Positions 10,822-20,073 of a DNA stretch of 64,000 nt are shown here, one piece after another (the first letter of the stretch is position 1; every line of letters starts with the position of its first letter). The notes below the pieces were generated by a model, which made no database searches, was not told the DNA's origin, and was given only the letters and a program-made list of their open reading frames with translations. Position numbers and translations under genes: made by a program. The stretch is taken from the IMG/VR virus record IMGVR_UViG_3300025012_000026, positions 62,001 through 126,000 of that record. One strand, given 5' to 3'.

Positions 10822-12012
10822 ATGAGGAAATTGATAAAGGGAATCAAAGTGATGCTTGTACCTAACAATAAGCAGAATACATTAATGTTTCAAAATGCTG
10901 GAGTTAAAAGATGGGCTTTCAATTGGGCATTAGGTAGAGAAAAGGAAAATTATGCTAATGGTGGTAAGTTTATTTCTGATAATGATCTTAGGAAAGAATT
11001 AACTCAATTAAAGCAAACTAAAGAGTTTAGTTGGTTAAACAATGTTTCTAATAATGTACCTAAACAGGCAGTTAAAGATGCTTGCATTGCATATCAGAGA
11101 TTCTTTAAAGGTCAAGCAAAATTCCCTAAGTTCAAAACTCGAAAGAAATCTCCTCCTAAATTTTATCAAGACAATATTAAAATTCAATTCACATCTACTC
11201 ATGTTAAATTTGAAGGATTTGCTAAAAGTAAAAAGGCAAATAAGCAAAAGTTGAACTGGGTGAGATTAGCTGAACACAATAGAATTCCTTTTGGTAAAGA
11301 TGTTAAGTATATTAATCCAAGAGTGTCGTTTGATGGTTTAAATTGGTTTATTAGCGTAGGGATTGAATATCCTGATAATGTTGAAACTCCATTAAATGAA
11401 GGAATTGGCATTGATTTAGGAATTAAAGATTTAGCGATATGTTCTGATGAAAAAACTTATGGGAATATCAATAAAAATAAGAAAATGAAACGATTAGAAA
11501 AGCAAAAGAAGCGATTACAAAGACAAGTTTCTAAGAAATATGAAGATAACCGTGATGGTTTGAAATATATTAAAACCAAGAATATTATTAAGTTGGAACT
11601 TAAGATAAAATCAGTTCAGCATAAACTTAATGGCACTAGAGATAATTATCTCCATCAAACAACTTCTGAGATAGTGGGACGAGAACCAAGTCATATTACT
11701 ATTGAAGATTTGAACATTCAAGGAATGATGAAGAACAGAAACCTATCCAAAGCAATTCAACAACAATCTTTGTATGAATTTGGTAGACAGTTGAAGTATA
11801 AAGGATTGTGGAATCATATTGAGATTAGAATTGCTGACAGATGGTATCCAAGCTCAAAGACATGTCATGATTGTGGTAAAGTTAACAAGTTGTTAAATTT
11901 AAATGACAGAGAATGGGTTTGTACTGGTTGTGGAAGTATTTTAGACAGGGATTATAATGCTTCATTAAATTTAAGAGATACTAACAATTACAAGATATTT
12001 AAAGTAGTATAG
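10822..12012 (+). CDS. tnpB: RNA-guided endonuclease TnpB (IS607 type), intact
   Basis: RuvC GIDLG, IEDL, DRDYNASLN; zinc finger CHDC/CTGC. Confidence 0.92.
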   Translation: MRKLIKGIKVMLVPNNKQNTLMFQNAGVKRWAFNWALGREKENYANGGKFISDNDLRKELTQLKQTKEFSWLNNVSNNVPKQAVKDACIAYQRFFKGQAKFPKFKTRKKSPPKFYQDNIKIQFTSTHVKFEGFAKSKKANKQKLNWVRLAEHNRIPFGKDVKYINPRVSFDGLNWFISVGIEYPDNVETPLNEGIGIDLGIKDLAICSDEKTYGNINKNKKMKRLEKQKKRLQRQVSKKYEDNRDGLKYIKTKNIIKLELKIKSVQHKLNGTRDNYLHQTTSEIVGREPSHITIEDLNIQGMMKNRNLSKAIQQQSLYEFGRQLKYKGLWNHIEIRIADRWYPSSKTCHDCGKVNKLLNLNDREWVCTGCGSILDRDYNASLNLRDTNNYKIFKVV

Positions 12013-12196
12013 GTAAAAACATATACTCGGACGTTGCCGAGGAATTTAAGCTCTTGGAGTGTTAAGCAACTTGAGTAGCATTAGAAATAATGTGAAAAAG
12101 AACACGATGAATGGAAAATGAAACATAGAGTTATAACTTATTTGTTTAATTTATAACTTCTTATAAGTTTTCAGTAACGGTTATTCTTCATTAAAT
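12013..12196 (+). ncRNA. Predicted omegaRNA (right-end scaffold plus guide from flank 12181 onward)
   Basis: CTCGG/CCGAG hairpin, GGAATTTAAGCTCTTGGAG...GAGTAG scaffold shared with the second IS607 element. Confidence 0.6.
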
Positions 12197-12605
12197 ATCT
12201 TATTAAGAGAACATATTGATCAATGGAAAAAAGATTCTATGATAAATTGTAACTACAAATGCGTAATAACAGGTGAAAATTTCGATATAATTCATCATTT
12301 ATATTCATTTAATAAAATAATCAGGGAAGTGATGGAGAAAACAAAATTGCCAGTTTATACAATGGTAAATAAGTATACAGATGAAGAATTAGACTTGATA
12401 AAACAAACAAATATTAAAATACATAATAAATATCCTTTAGGGGTTTGTCTGAGAAAAGATATACATAATTTATACCACCATATTTATGGGGATGACAATA
12501 CACATGAACAATTTGAGGAGTTTAAAATAAGATATAATTCCGAAGAGTTTAAGAATGTAATATAATTTAATGTAAATAAAAATTTTATAAGAAGGTGAAA
12601 TAAAA

Positions 12606-13460
12606 GTGAAAATATTTATTAACGCTGGTCATGGCCCAAAAGGAGTTAATAGTTCAGATTCAAATGGAATAGATCCAGGAGCAATTGGAGCAACAGGATA
12701 TAAAGAATACATAGAAACAAAAGAAATAGCAGATTTAGTATCTACAAAACTGAAATTTAATGGACTTGAAACATTAGTAATTCAAGATGGTGATTTATGG
12801 GATGTAACAAATCAGTCAAATGCTTGGAAAAGTGATTATTTTATTAGTATACACTGTAATTCGTACTCAGATTCTTCGGCAAATGGTGTAGAAATTTTTT
12901 CATTAGCAACTACAGGGAAAGGTAGAGCACTAGCACAATCAGTACATAAAGAACTCATTCCTGCTACTGGATTGTTTGACAGAGGTTTAAAAACAGCAAA
13001 TTACTATGTACTTAGGGAAACTGATTGCCCTGCTATTTTAACAGAAATTGGATTTATTTCTAATCCTAAAGAAGAAGCATTAATGAAAGATTCTACATGG
13101 GATGATAAGGTTTCGAGTGCTATAGCAAGAGGAATTTGTAATTTTATTGGATTGGCTTATAAAGAGCAAATTGTTCAAACTATTCAGTCAACAATAAATA
13201 ATAGTCAAGGAGATGATAATGTATTAAATGCTGTGCTTGGTTTCTCTCTCAATGACTTAGGTGCTTGTATGTTAGTTTCTCAGAAATTAAATAATTGTGC
13301 AATTTACTTTAGAAACACAGATAAGACTTTTAATCAAGATTGCTTAAAAGCCGATACTTTATATGTTGTAGGAGGAAGTACAGTTGGACATAAAAAAGAG
13401 AAATTGCTATCTGGTAAAGAAGCAAAAGATACATTGCAAAAAGTTGTAGATATTTTGTAA
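12606..13460 (+). CDS. Endolysin, N-acetylmuramoyl-L-alanine amidase (Amidase_3) with clostridial C-terminal domain
   Basis: INAGHG, E, FISIHCNS, PAILTEIGFISN zinc-amidase motifs; C-terminal LYVVGG...LLSG. Confidence 0.92.
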   Translation: MKIFINAGHGPKGVNSSDSNGIDPGAIGATGYKEYIETKEIADLVSTKLKFNGLETLVIQDGDLWDVTNQSNAWKSDYFISIHCNSYSDSSANGVEIFSLATTGKGRALAQSVHKELIPATGLFDRGLKTANYYVLRETDCPAILTEIGFISNPKEEALMKDSTWDDKVSSAIARGICNFIGLAYKEQIVQTIQSTINNSQGDDNVLNAVLGFSLNDLGACMLVSQKLNNCAIYFRNTDKTFNQDCLKADTLYVVGGSTVGHKKEKLLSGKEAKDTLQKVVDIL

Positions 13461-13641
13461 TTTGTATTGTAATTTAATTATTTATATATTCAGTTGTCAT
13501 ATATGTAGGTGGCAGATATTTACTGAATTGCCCTCAGTTTTTTATCTGCCGAATCCTGATTGTAATGTTAGTAGCACTACAACCATTAATTCATTATACC
13601 ATACAAAATAAATTTAGTAAAGAGGAGGGCAAGTATTATTT

Positions 13642-14055
13642 ATGGAAAATATAGCGAAAGAGGTGTTGGAAGTGGATGAGAAAGAGGTAAAAATAATTCT
13701 TGACGATCATGGAACCCGTATTCAAAAATTAGAACTTGATAATGTATTTATAAAAGAAAAATTGAATTCAATATCTTCACAAGTAATTGATACAAAAGAT
13801 GAGGTTAGTGATCTTAAATCTGCTGTAGCAAGATTAGAATCAACTGTATTGACAACTAATAATTCCATTTTAACAACTCTAACACAAGTCGTCACCAATA
13901 CTTCGAACAATCAAACACAGATAGTAACAACTACAAGCTCAAATAAGAAGGATATAATTATAAATTCTATTAAAATTGGAGGATCAATTGTAGTAATTAT
14001 AATTTTAGGTTTATTTGCAGCAAAAGGAATTAGTGTAACAGTTCCAATATTTTAG
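13642..14055 (+). CDS. XhlA/holin-like coiled-coil protein with C-terminal TM
   Basis: LDDHGTRIQKLE coiled coil plus C-terminal hydrophobic helix, within the lysis cassette. Confidence 0.6.
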   Translation: MENIAKEVLEVDEKEVKIILDDHGTRIQKLELDNVFIKEKLNSISSQVIDTKDEVSDLKSAVARLESTVLTTNNSILTTLTQVVTNTSNNQTQIVTTTSSNKKDIIINSIKIGGSIVVIIILGLFAAKGISVTVPIF

Positions 14056-14114
14056 TATTTAATAGATAAAATTAAATAAAATAAAATAATTAAAAGAAAG
14101 AAGGTAAATATATT

Positions 14115-14300
14115 ATGCAAAATCAAAATAGATTCAAATCATGGGGATTATGGCTCTCAGTTGCTTCACTTGTAACGTTTGTTAGTAAGACTTATATTGG
14201 ATATGAAATTCCTCAAGCTGATGAATTGGTTAATTTAATTCTTGTAACTTTAACTGGATTTGGGATTCTTAATAATCCTAGTGATGGAGATAAATTTTAA
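14115..14300 (+). CDS. Holin
   Basis: NRFKSWGLW...two TMs...GILNNP. Confidence 0.8.
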   Translation: MQNQNRFKSWGLWLSVASLVTFVSKTYIGYEIPQADELVNLILVTLTGFGILNNPSDGDKF

Positions 14301-14355
14301 TTAAATTATAATTTATTTAGATTGTAAACCAATAAACCCTAATTATTACAAATAT

Positions 14356-14434
14356 AAACACTCTCTAAGCGTTTAGAAATGTCTCTACCATACAAACTTA
14401 CACAACATCAATTCAAACAGCTTAGAGAGTGTTT
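14356..14434. repeat. 15-bp perfect inverted repeat downstream of the lysis cassette
   Basis: AAACACTCTCTAAGC (14356-70) / GCTTAGAGAGTGTTT (14420-34). Confidence 0.7.
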
Positions 14435-14643
14435 TCTGTGGATATTAGATTATTGTGGGCCTGAAAAGTGTTGCTATGATTGGGTTTTAAAATGTGTCTG
14501 ACTGACAAGAATTTTCAATTTTTAAGAGTTAATTCACTAAGGTCGCATTGGGTGTAATTAATTTAAAATGCTAATTTGATAGGGATGGTTTGAGATTGTT
14601 TTGAGAGGGATTTATGAAAATAAATTTCCTCTCTTTATTTATG

Positions 14644-15255
14644 CTATCCATATTTTTCTTTTTGCTTTAACAGAGTTTTCTTTTTACGTTTACGATTTTG
14701 TTGCTCCTTTTTAATTTTACTATCCTTAACATTTTGTAATCGTTTCCATTTTGGTATTAAAATATATTCTTTATATTCTTCATAAGACATATTATCTTTT
14801 TCTATATTGCAATCGCCACAACAACAAACTAAATTATCTTCGTTGAATTCTCCACCTTTGCTCTTTGGAATTAAATGGTCAACAGTATCTCCTTTAACTC
14901 CACAATAATGACATTTATAATTGTCACGTTCATTAACATTGTATCTAACAATCCAACTCTCATCTTCATGATTTGGCATATAAATTGTATCTGATTTATA
15001 AACCTGTGCTTTATCTTCATTTACTAAAGAAATGGCTTCATCAAGAGAGATTAACTTTTTGGAAATTAAATATTTACTTCTAAGAATTATGTTTTTCAAG
15101 GAGATATCTAAATTTTTTAATCCAATGTTTATACTTTTATATTCTATCATTTTATTCACAGCTTTTTCTATTTCACATTGAATACATTGTTTTGTTTTAG
15201 AGCCTCTAAATTGAGAATCATCTTTTTCGATTTCGCATTTAGTGCATCTTCTCAT
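14644..15255 (-). CDS. HNH endonuclease
   Basis: RDNYKCHYCG...TVDHLIPKSKGG...NLVCCCGDCNIEK. Confidence 0.9.
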   Translation of the reverse strand: MRRCTKCEIEKDDSQFRGSKTKQCIQCEIEKAVNKMIEYKSINIGLKNLDISLKNIILRSKYLISKKLISLDEAISLVNEDKAQVYKSDTIYMPNHEDESWIVRYNVNERDNYKCHYCGVKGDTVDHLIPKSKGGEFNEDNLVCCCGDCNIEKDNMSYEEYKEYILIPKWKRLQNVKDSKIKKEQQNRKRKKKTLLKQKEKYG

Positions 15256-15590
15256 ATGGGGATACCTCCTTGGTAGGTGATTTTGGTTTTGTGGGTATAT
15301 AAGTATTATATCGCATTTTTAATGGTTTTATAACTAGGGAGTTACAAGAGATGTGACTCTTTTTATTATGTAGAAAATTAATTTACAAATCAAAGAACTA
15401 CTTAGAGAGTAGTGAAAACTATTCTAACATTTCTTTCATTCTTATTTTATTAGTAAGAAACGGCGAAGAGAAGAGTTAGGATTTTCTTGACTTTTCTCTA
15501 AGTGATTTTTGTATATGGAAACAATTCTTCGCCGTTTTGTTTTTGTATTGAAATTACTAATAAAAATAAGAAAGAAGTGATAAAAATTAA

Positions 15591-16256
15591 ATGGAAAAGC
15601 AAATTTTAAATCACGTTAAACAATTAATACTTTTGCCAGATGGGATAAACACAACTGTTGAAATGGTTTCAGAATATTACGAAGTTAAAGACAATGCAAT
15701 GCGTCATTTAATATTAAGACACAATGAAGAATTAAAAAATAGTGGATTATATGTCATAGAAGGAATTCAACTAAAATCATTTAAAATAATAAACAGTATA
15801 AAATCAAGAGCAAGATCATTAACTATTGTTCCAGTAAAAGCAATATTAAAATTTAGTACATTATTAGCCAGTTCTAATATCGCACAAGAAGTCAGAGAAG
15901 AATTGGTAAAACAAAATCCTAAACTATATGAAGAGTTGACAAATGGGCATAGATTGCAATTTAAGAAATTTGAGCAAAAATATGAAGAATATTTAAATTT
16001 TTCTTTTGGAGTAGAAAATATTCAAAAGCAAGTAAATTGTGGTGGTTATCTGATAGATTTTGTGTTGTTTAATACTATAGCTATAGAAATAGATGAGAAT
16101 GGACATTCTTCATATTCTAATGAAAAAGAAATAATAAGAGAAAAACATATAAGAAGTGAAGGCTATAATATTGTTAGATTTAACCCACATAAGCAAAAAC
16201 CATATGAATTAATGGGGATGATATTAAAGATGACAGATGTCCTGCCAGGACTTTAG
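15591..16256 (+). CDS. Phage DNA-binding N-domain plus DUF559/Vsr-like endonuclease domain
   Basis: VSEYYEV...RHNEEL N-terminus; YLIDF...IAIEIDENGH...RFNP. Confidence 0.7.
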   Translation: MEKQILNHVKQLILLPDGINTTVEMVSEYYEVKDNAMRHLILRHNEELKNSGLYVIEGIQLKSFKIINSIKSRARSLTIVPVKAILKFSTLLASSNIAQEVREELVKQNPKLYEELTNGHRLQFKKFEQKYEEYLNFSFGVENIQKQVNCGGYLIDFVLFNTIAIEIDENGHSSYSNEKEIIREKHIRSEGYNIVRFNPHKQKPYELMGMILKMTDVLPGL

Positions 16257-16722
16257 TCAAATGACAAAGTGACACTTGGTCACACTGTCATTTGACACAG
16301 ATGAACAATATGAGAAGATTAGAGATCATTGGAGAAAGTATCATATTGTTTTAGAATTAGATATTTAACAATACATAAATAATATTTATTAAGATTTTGT
16401 GGAGTTGCTGAAAAGTAACTCCTTTAATATTGAAAATTTTTAGTCAATGGCTGATAGGAGTAATTAACCTGTCAAAAAGAAGGTTCCAACCTACCTTCGC
16501 CATTGACTATTTTATATACAAAAAGGTTGGAGTACAATACAAAATTTGAAAGGTTGGGATACGAAATGAAAATTAAATTAATTATTGACAAAGTATAAGA
16601 GAACCTAACGAAAGCAATGTATCGGTCAAAGCGTTGACCTCTTCTAGCCATTTCGCTATCGCTCAATGACTAGGATTATAATTTAATCTATTTTTAATAA
16701 TATGAAGGTGGTGTTAATAACT

Positions 16723-16863
16723 ATGTCAAAATACATAAAAACAAATGATAACCAAATTATCAATAAAGAAACTGGAGAAATAATAGAAGAACAAGAAAAT
16801 CAATTTGAAAGAAAGTTAAAACATAGAGTATCACAAGTGAGATATAAAAAGGAGGACATTTAA
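16723..16863 (+). CDS. 46-aa ORF (INKETGEII motif; possibly a remnant)
   Basis: GAAGGTGG RBS; not in the ORF track. Confidence 0.4.
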   Translation: MSKYIKTNDNQIINKETGEIIEEQENQFERKLKHRVSQVRYKKEDI

Positions 16864-16865
16864 TT

Positions 16866-17141
16866 ATGGAAGTTTTATTTAGGTATAGTGATTCTAATTT
16901 TTGCGCTTATTTAAATTATCTCGGATTTGAACATGTTGGGTTTGATATTGTAGAAAAAAGAGGGAATAAACCTAAAGTATTTTTACATTTTGAAGGAAAT
17001 AAAGAAGATTTTATTAATATTTATAAAAATTATAATTCTAATGATATTTCATTAAATCTTATAGAATTTGGTAAAAGTAAAAATAGTATTCTCAAAATTG
17101 TTCGAGAACACTTGGGAAACTATTTAAGAAGTAAGAAGTAA
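16866..17141 (+). CDS. DUF5659-like small protein
   Basis: SDSNFCAYLNYLGF...VFLHF pattern; AAGGAGG RBS. Confidence 0.55.
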   Translation: MEVLFRYSDSNFCAYLNYLGFEHVGFDIVEKRGNKPKVFLHFEGNKEDFINIYKNYNSNDISLNLIEFGKSKNSILKIVREHLGNYLRSKK

Positions 17142-17282
17142 AATAGGAATCTAATTTTGAAATCCCTATTCTAGCAAGAGTTTAAAGGTTTTAAAAATAA
17201 TATATTTTGCATATAAGTGTTTTCTTACTGCACCACATGCAGTTACTTTAGAAATACCCGTAAAAGCTTATAAAGGAAGGGG

Positions 17283-17942
17283 TTGCATTTGATTATGCCA
17301 ACTGATTTAGAAAAACAAATTGATATACAATGGCACAAACTTGATGATGATCGTTACGTTTATCTTCTTACAGGGGAATCGTTTAATAATTTAGAATATT
17401 TGGGAGCAGTTAAGAGAGAAATTGAAAATGCTCAGTTAAAAGATTTTCATGAACATTCAAAGTTGCTAAGAAAATATGGCATTGATGTAAATAGAAAAAT
17501 TAAAAACAAAGGTGATAAAACACCAATTGAAACAACATGTATTGCTTGGAAAGATACAAAGAAGGACTTATTCATTAAAGTATATAGAGGTGAAGGAGTC
17601 GAATTAATTATGAATAAGACATTGGATATTTTTGAAAAGGGATTTATGTTTACTATTCAGTCATTTGTTGAATTCAGAACAAATTGTGTAATTATAGACA
17701 GGGAATTCCCTACAGTAGAATATCTAGCAGAGTTAGCAGGTATGAGTCCTAGAAAGGCAAATGATATTATAAAGTCTTTAGAAAAGAAGAATATAATTAA
17801 GAGGTATAAAGATGGATTACATAAGAAAATATTTGTTAATCCTCATTATATGTGTGCAGGAGCGATTATTGAAGGTGAGATACCTTCTTATTTTGTGTCT
17901 GAAATAGAAGAAGAAACTATGGAATTATTTAATAGGCAATAA
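17283..17942 (+). CDS. RepL-like winged-helix protein
   Basis: LAELAGMSPRKANDIIKSLEKKNII...IFVNPHY. Confidence 0.6.
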   Translation: MHLIMPTDLEKQIDIQWHKLDDDRYVYLLTGESFNNLEYLGAVKREIENAQLKDFHEHSKLLRKYGIDVNRKIKNKGDKTPIETTCIAWKDTKKDLFIKVYRGEGVELIMNKTLDIFEKGFMFTIQSFVEFRTNCVIIDREFPTVEYLAELAGMSPRKANDIIKSLEKKNIIKRYKDGLHKKIFVNPHYMCAGAIIEGEIPSYFVSEIEEETMELFNRQ

Positions 17943-17967
17943 ATAAATTTGAGGAGGTCATTTAATT

Positions 17968-18732
17968 ATGAGCATGGGAATTTATAAAATAGAAAATATG
18001 ATTAATGGAAAAATATACGTAGGCAGTTCTAAAAATATAGAGAACAGATGGAGTCAACATAGAAGTTTATTAAAATCAGGAAAACATCACTCACAGCATT
18101 TGCAATATGCATGGGATAAATATAATGAAAGCAATTTCAAATTTGATATTATTGAAGACATGATTACACAAGAGGATTTATTTGTAAGAGAACAATATTG
18201 GATGGATAAATTACAATGTTATAATCCTAAAATTGGATATAATATTTCAATATTAGCTAATGCTTGTTTAATGAATGATAATTATGATTTTAAAGAAATT
18301 ATACAAGAAGAAAATGAATTAGCAAATAAACATAAAATAATATACATGATTATAGATAAGAAAAATGAAGAATTGATTTATAGAGGTATGCAGGATAGAT
18401 ATCTCGTTGAACATATATTTAGTGACTTTATATATTATCTATACAGATATTTTGAAAGTATTGATTTTAAATCTTTTGATAATATAATTCTATATACAGA
18501 TAAAGGGAATCTAACCATGAAAGATTTTCAAGGAATAAATACAGAAATATGCAAAGACAATATTTATAAATTAAACTTTAAAAAGGTTATTATTGAAAAT
18601 GGCCATGGAGGGCAAAGAGAAGTTCTTTATAAGAATAGTTTTGAGTTTTATGAAATAAAAGAAAGTAAAGACGGTTATATGACAATTAGGGTTTATGATG
18701 GTTTTGATGTAATAAACTATATACTTGAATAA
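17968..18732 (+). CDS. GIY-YIG endonuclease
   Basis: GIYKIENMINGKIYVGSS...R...EQYW...GYN. Confidence 0.9.
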   Translation: MSMGIYKIENMINGKIYVGSSKNIENRWSQHRSLLKSGKHHSQHLQYAWDKYNESNFKFDIIEDMITQEDLFVREQYWMDKLQCYNPKIGYNISILANACLMNDNYDFKEIIQEENELANKHKIIYMIIDKKNEELIYRGMQDRYLVEHIFSDFIYYLYRYFESIDFKSFDNIILYTDKGNLTMKDFQGINTEICKDNIYKLNFKKVIIENGHGGQREVLYKNSFEFYEIKESKDGYMTIRVYDGFDVINYILE

Positions 18733-18744
18733 AATAAAAAATAC

Positions 18745-18864
18745 TATACAGATGTTCAATTGCAGAATATTACTAATTGGATGTTAGGAGTCCAGATGAA
18801 GATTAAATATAAAACACTTTGTAAGAAATGTCATGCAACATCTCATGACAAAGGAGGAATATGA
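18745..18864 (+). pseudogene. HNH C-terminal fragment
   Basis: YTDVQLQ...TLCKKCHATSH without start/RBS; resembles the 12181-12565 domain. Confidence 0.5.
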
Positions 18865-19631
18865 TGATGATTATCAATAATATCAATGAGCAAAATGATA
18901 ATATACAGGATAACTTAGTTTATAAATTCTATAATATAAATAATGAATTGCTGTATGTTGGCATTACCAATAATATGAAAATTAGATTAAAGCAACACAA
19001 GCAGGACAAAGAATGGTTTGATGAAATTAAAAGAATATACATCACTGAAAAAATGACTAGAAATGAAGCTCATATTTATGAAATATTCTATATTGCAAAT
19101 GAAAATCCTTTATATAATATAGACTATATCAATGGTGGCAAAGTTGGTTTTGTGATAAGCGAATTATTATTCAAAGATTACAAGAAAGAGAGAAGAAAGA
19201 GGATAAACGTTGATATTGTTTTGAGAATGTATAATGAAGGTAAATCAATAGAGGAAATAGCCACAGAATTAAAATACTCTACTGAATACATTGCTAAAAA
19301 CTTGAGATCAAAATTAATAGAATTAAGGGAAGTTAAACCAAATCGTAGAAATGGGAAAAATGAAAGATTTGAAATGTTTGTTAATTGTCTTACATACTTG
19401 TCTAATAAAAAATATTTTACAATAGAAGATATTGTATATAAGTTCATGAATGATTATGAATGTACAGAGGAAACTGCAAAAACATATTATAAAGACGAGT
19501 TTGCAGTTTTACTTATTGAAGAGGTTAATAAAATAGGTTTGAAAAGAATTAGAGCGAATAAAGTTATTAAAGAGCAATTTGGAATGGATGGTGAAGGATA
19601 CCCCTTTATAATTTGCAAAGATGGTGAATAA
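18861..19631 (+). CDS. GIY-YIG domain protein with HTH
   Basis: VYKFYN...LYVGIT...RLKQH...E...PLYN; EIATELKYS. Confidence 0.8.
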   Translation: MMMIINNINEQNDNIQDNLVYKFYNINNELLYVGITNNMKIRLKQHKQDKEWFDEIKRIYITEKMTRNEAHIYEIFYIANENPLYNIDYINGGKVGFVISELLFKDYKKERRKRINVDIVLRMYNEGKSIEEIATELKYSTEYIAKNLRSKLIELREVKPNRRNGKNERFEMFVNCLTYLSNKKYFTIEDIVYKFMNDYECTEETAKTYYKDEFAVLLIEEVNKIGLKRIRANKVIKEQFGMDGEGYPFIICKDGE

Positions 19632-19664
19632 AACTTAATATAAAACACTAAAATAAAATATTCC

Positions 19665-19693
19665 TTGACATTTGTTGCCTCATGATGTATAAT
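19665..19693 (+). promoter_or_regulatory. Consensus sigmaA promoter
   Basis: TTGACA-17-TATAAT. Confidence 0.85.
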
Positions 19694-19721
19694 TATTGCA
19701 AAGTGAGGTGATAATATTATT

Positions 19722-19886
19722 ATGAGTTTAACAGATGATGCTTTAGAAACTGCCAAATATGTTAATGATTTATTAAATGGTGACTCCCAAAAACTAAAAA
19801 GGATTTATGAACATCTTTGTGTACATGATATTATAATGTATCATGCTTCAAAAGAACAAATGCTTGATATTTTTAAAGATATCTAA
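19722..19886 (+). CDS. 54-aa hypothetical protein
   Basis: GAGGTG RBS behind a consensus promoter. Confidence 0.65.
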   Translation: MSLTDDALETAKYVNDLLNGDSQKLKRIYEHLCVHDIIMYHASKEQMLDIFKDI

Positions 19887-19928
19887 TCTCCCATTGACAT
19901 AAATCCTAAAATAATATATCATAACAAA

Positions 19929-20017
19929 CATAAGTGATTAATTTTCATTTTTCATTTATAAACTCTTTCTTTCATCCTCAAGAGGGAGTCTTTGTAATGA
20001 AGATTTCCTCATTTTTT
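19929..20017 (+). ncRNA. Candidate ~90-nt sRNA
   Basis: TTGACA(19894)-17-TATCAT promoter, no ORF/RBS, terminator GAGGGAGTCTTT/GAAGATTTCCTC plus T-run. Confidence 0.5.
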
Positions 20018-20073
20018 ACCTTTTGACTTTCCTATACTCGTCCTCTATAATTAGTATAATGGAGAGTGATTAA

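Larger units (their letters stand above)
10654..12180 (+). mobile_element. Non-autonomous IS607-family element (tnpA remnant + tnpB)
   Basis: Bounded by GG core (10652-53 and 12179-80); right end TTATAAGTTTTCAGTAACGG; precise in-frame restoration of host gene. Confidence 0.85.
10163..12565 (+). pseudogene. HNH-type homing endonuclease split by IS607 element (10163-10653 + 12181-12565)
   Basis: Removing 10654-12180 restores in-frame ...NAWKGG-YSSLNILLREHIDQWKKDSMINCNYKCVITG...IIHHL...GVCL...HNLYH. Confidence 0.85.

Noticed and set aside
10638-10865. 75-aa ORF as a functional gene
   Set aside because: Chimeric frame crossing the IS junction into a deleted tnpA fragment
10654-12180. IStron (group I intron-IS607 chimera) that would splice out of the HNH gene
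   Set aside because: Only ~15 nt lie between the insertion core and the tnpA remnant, leaving no room for a group I ribozyme core
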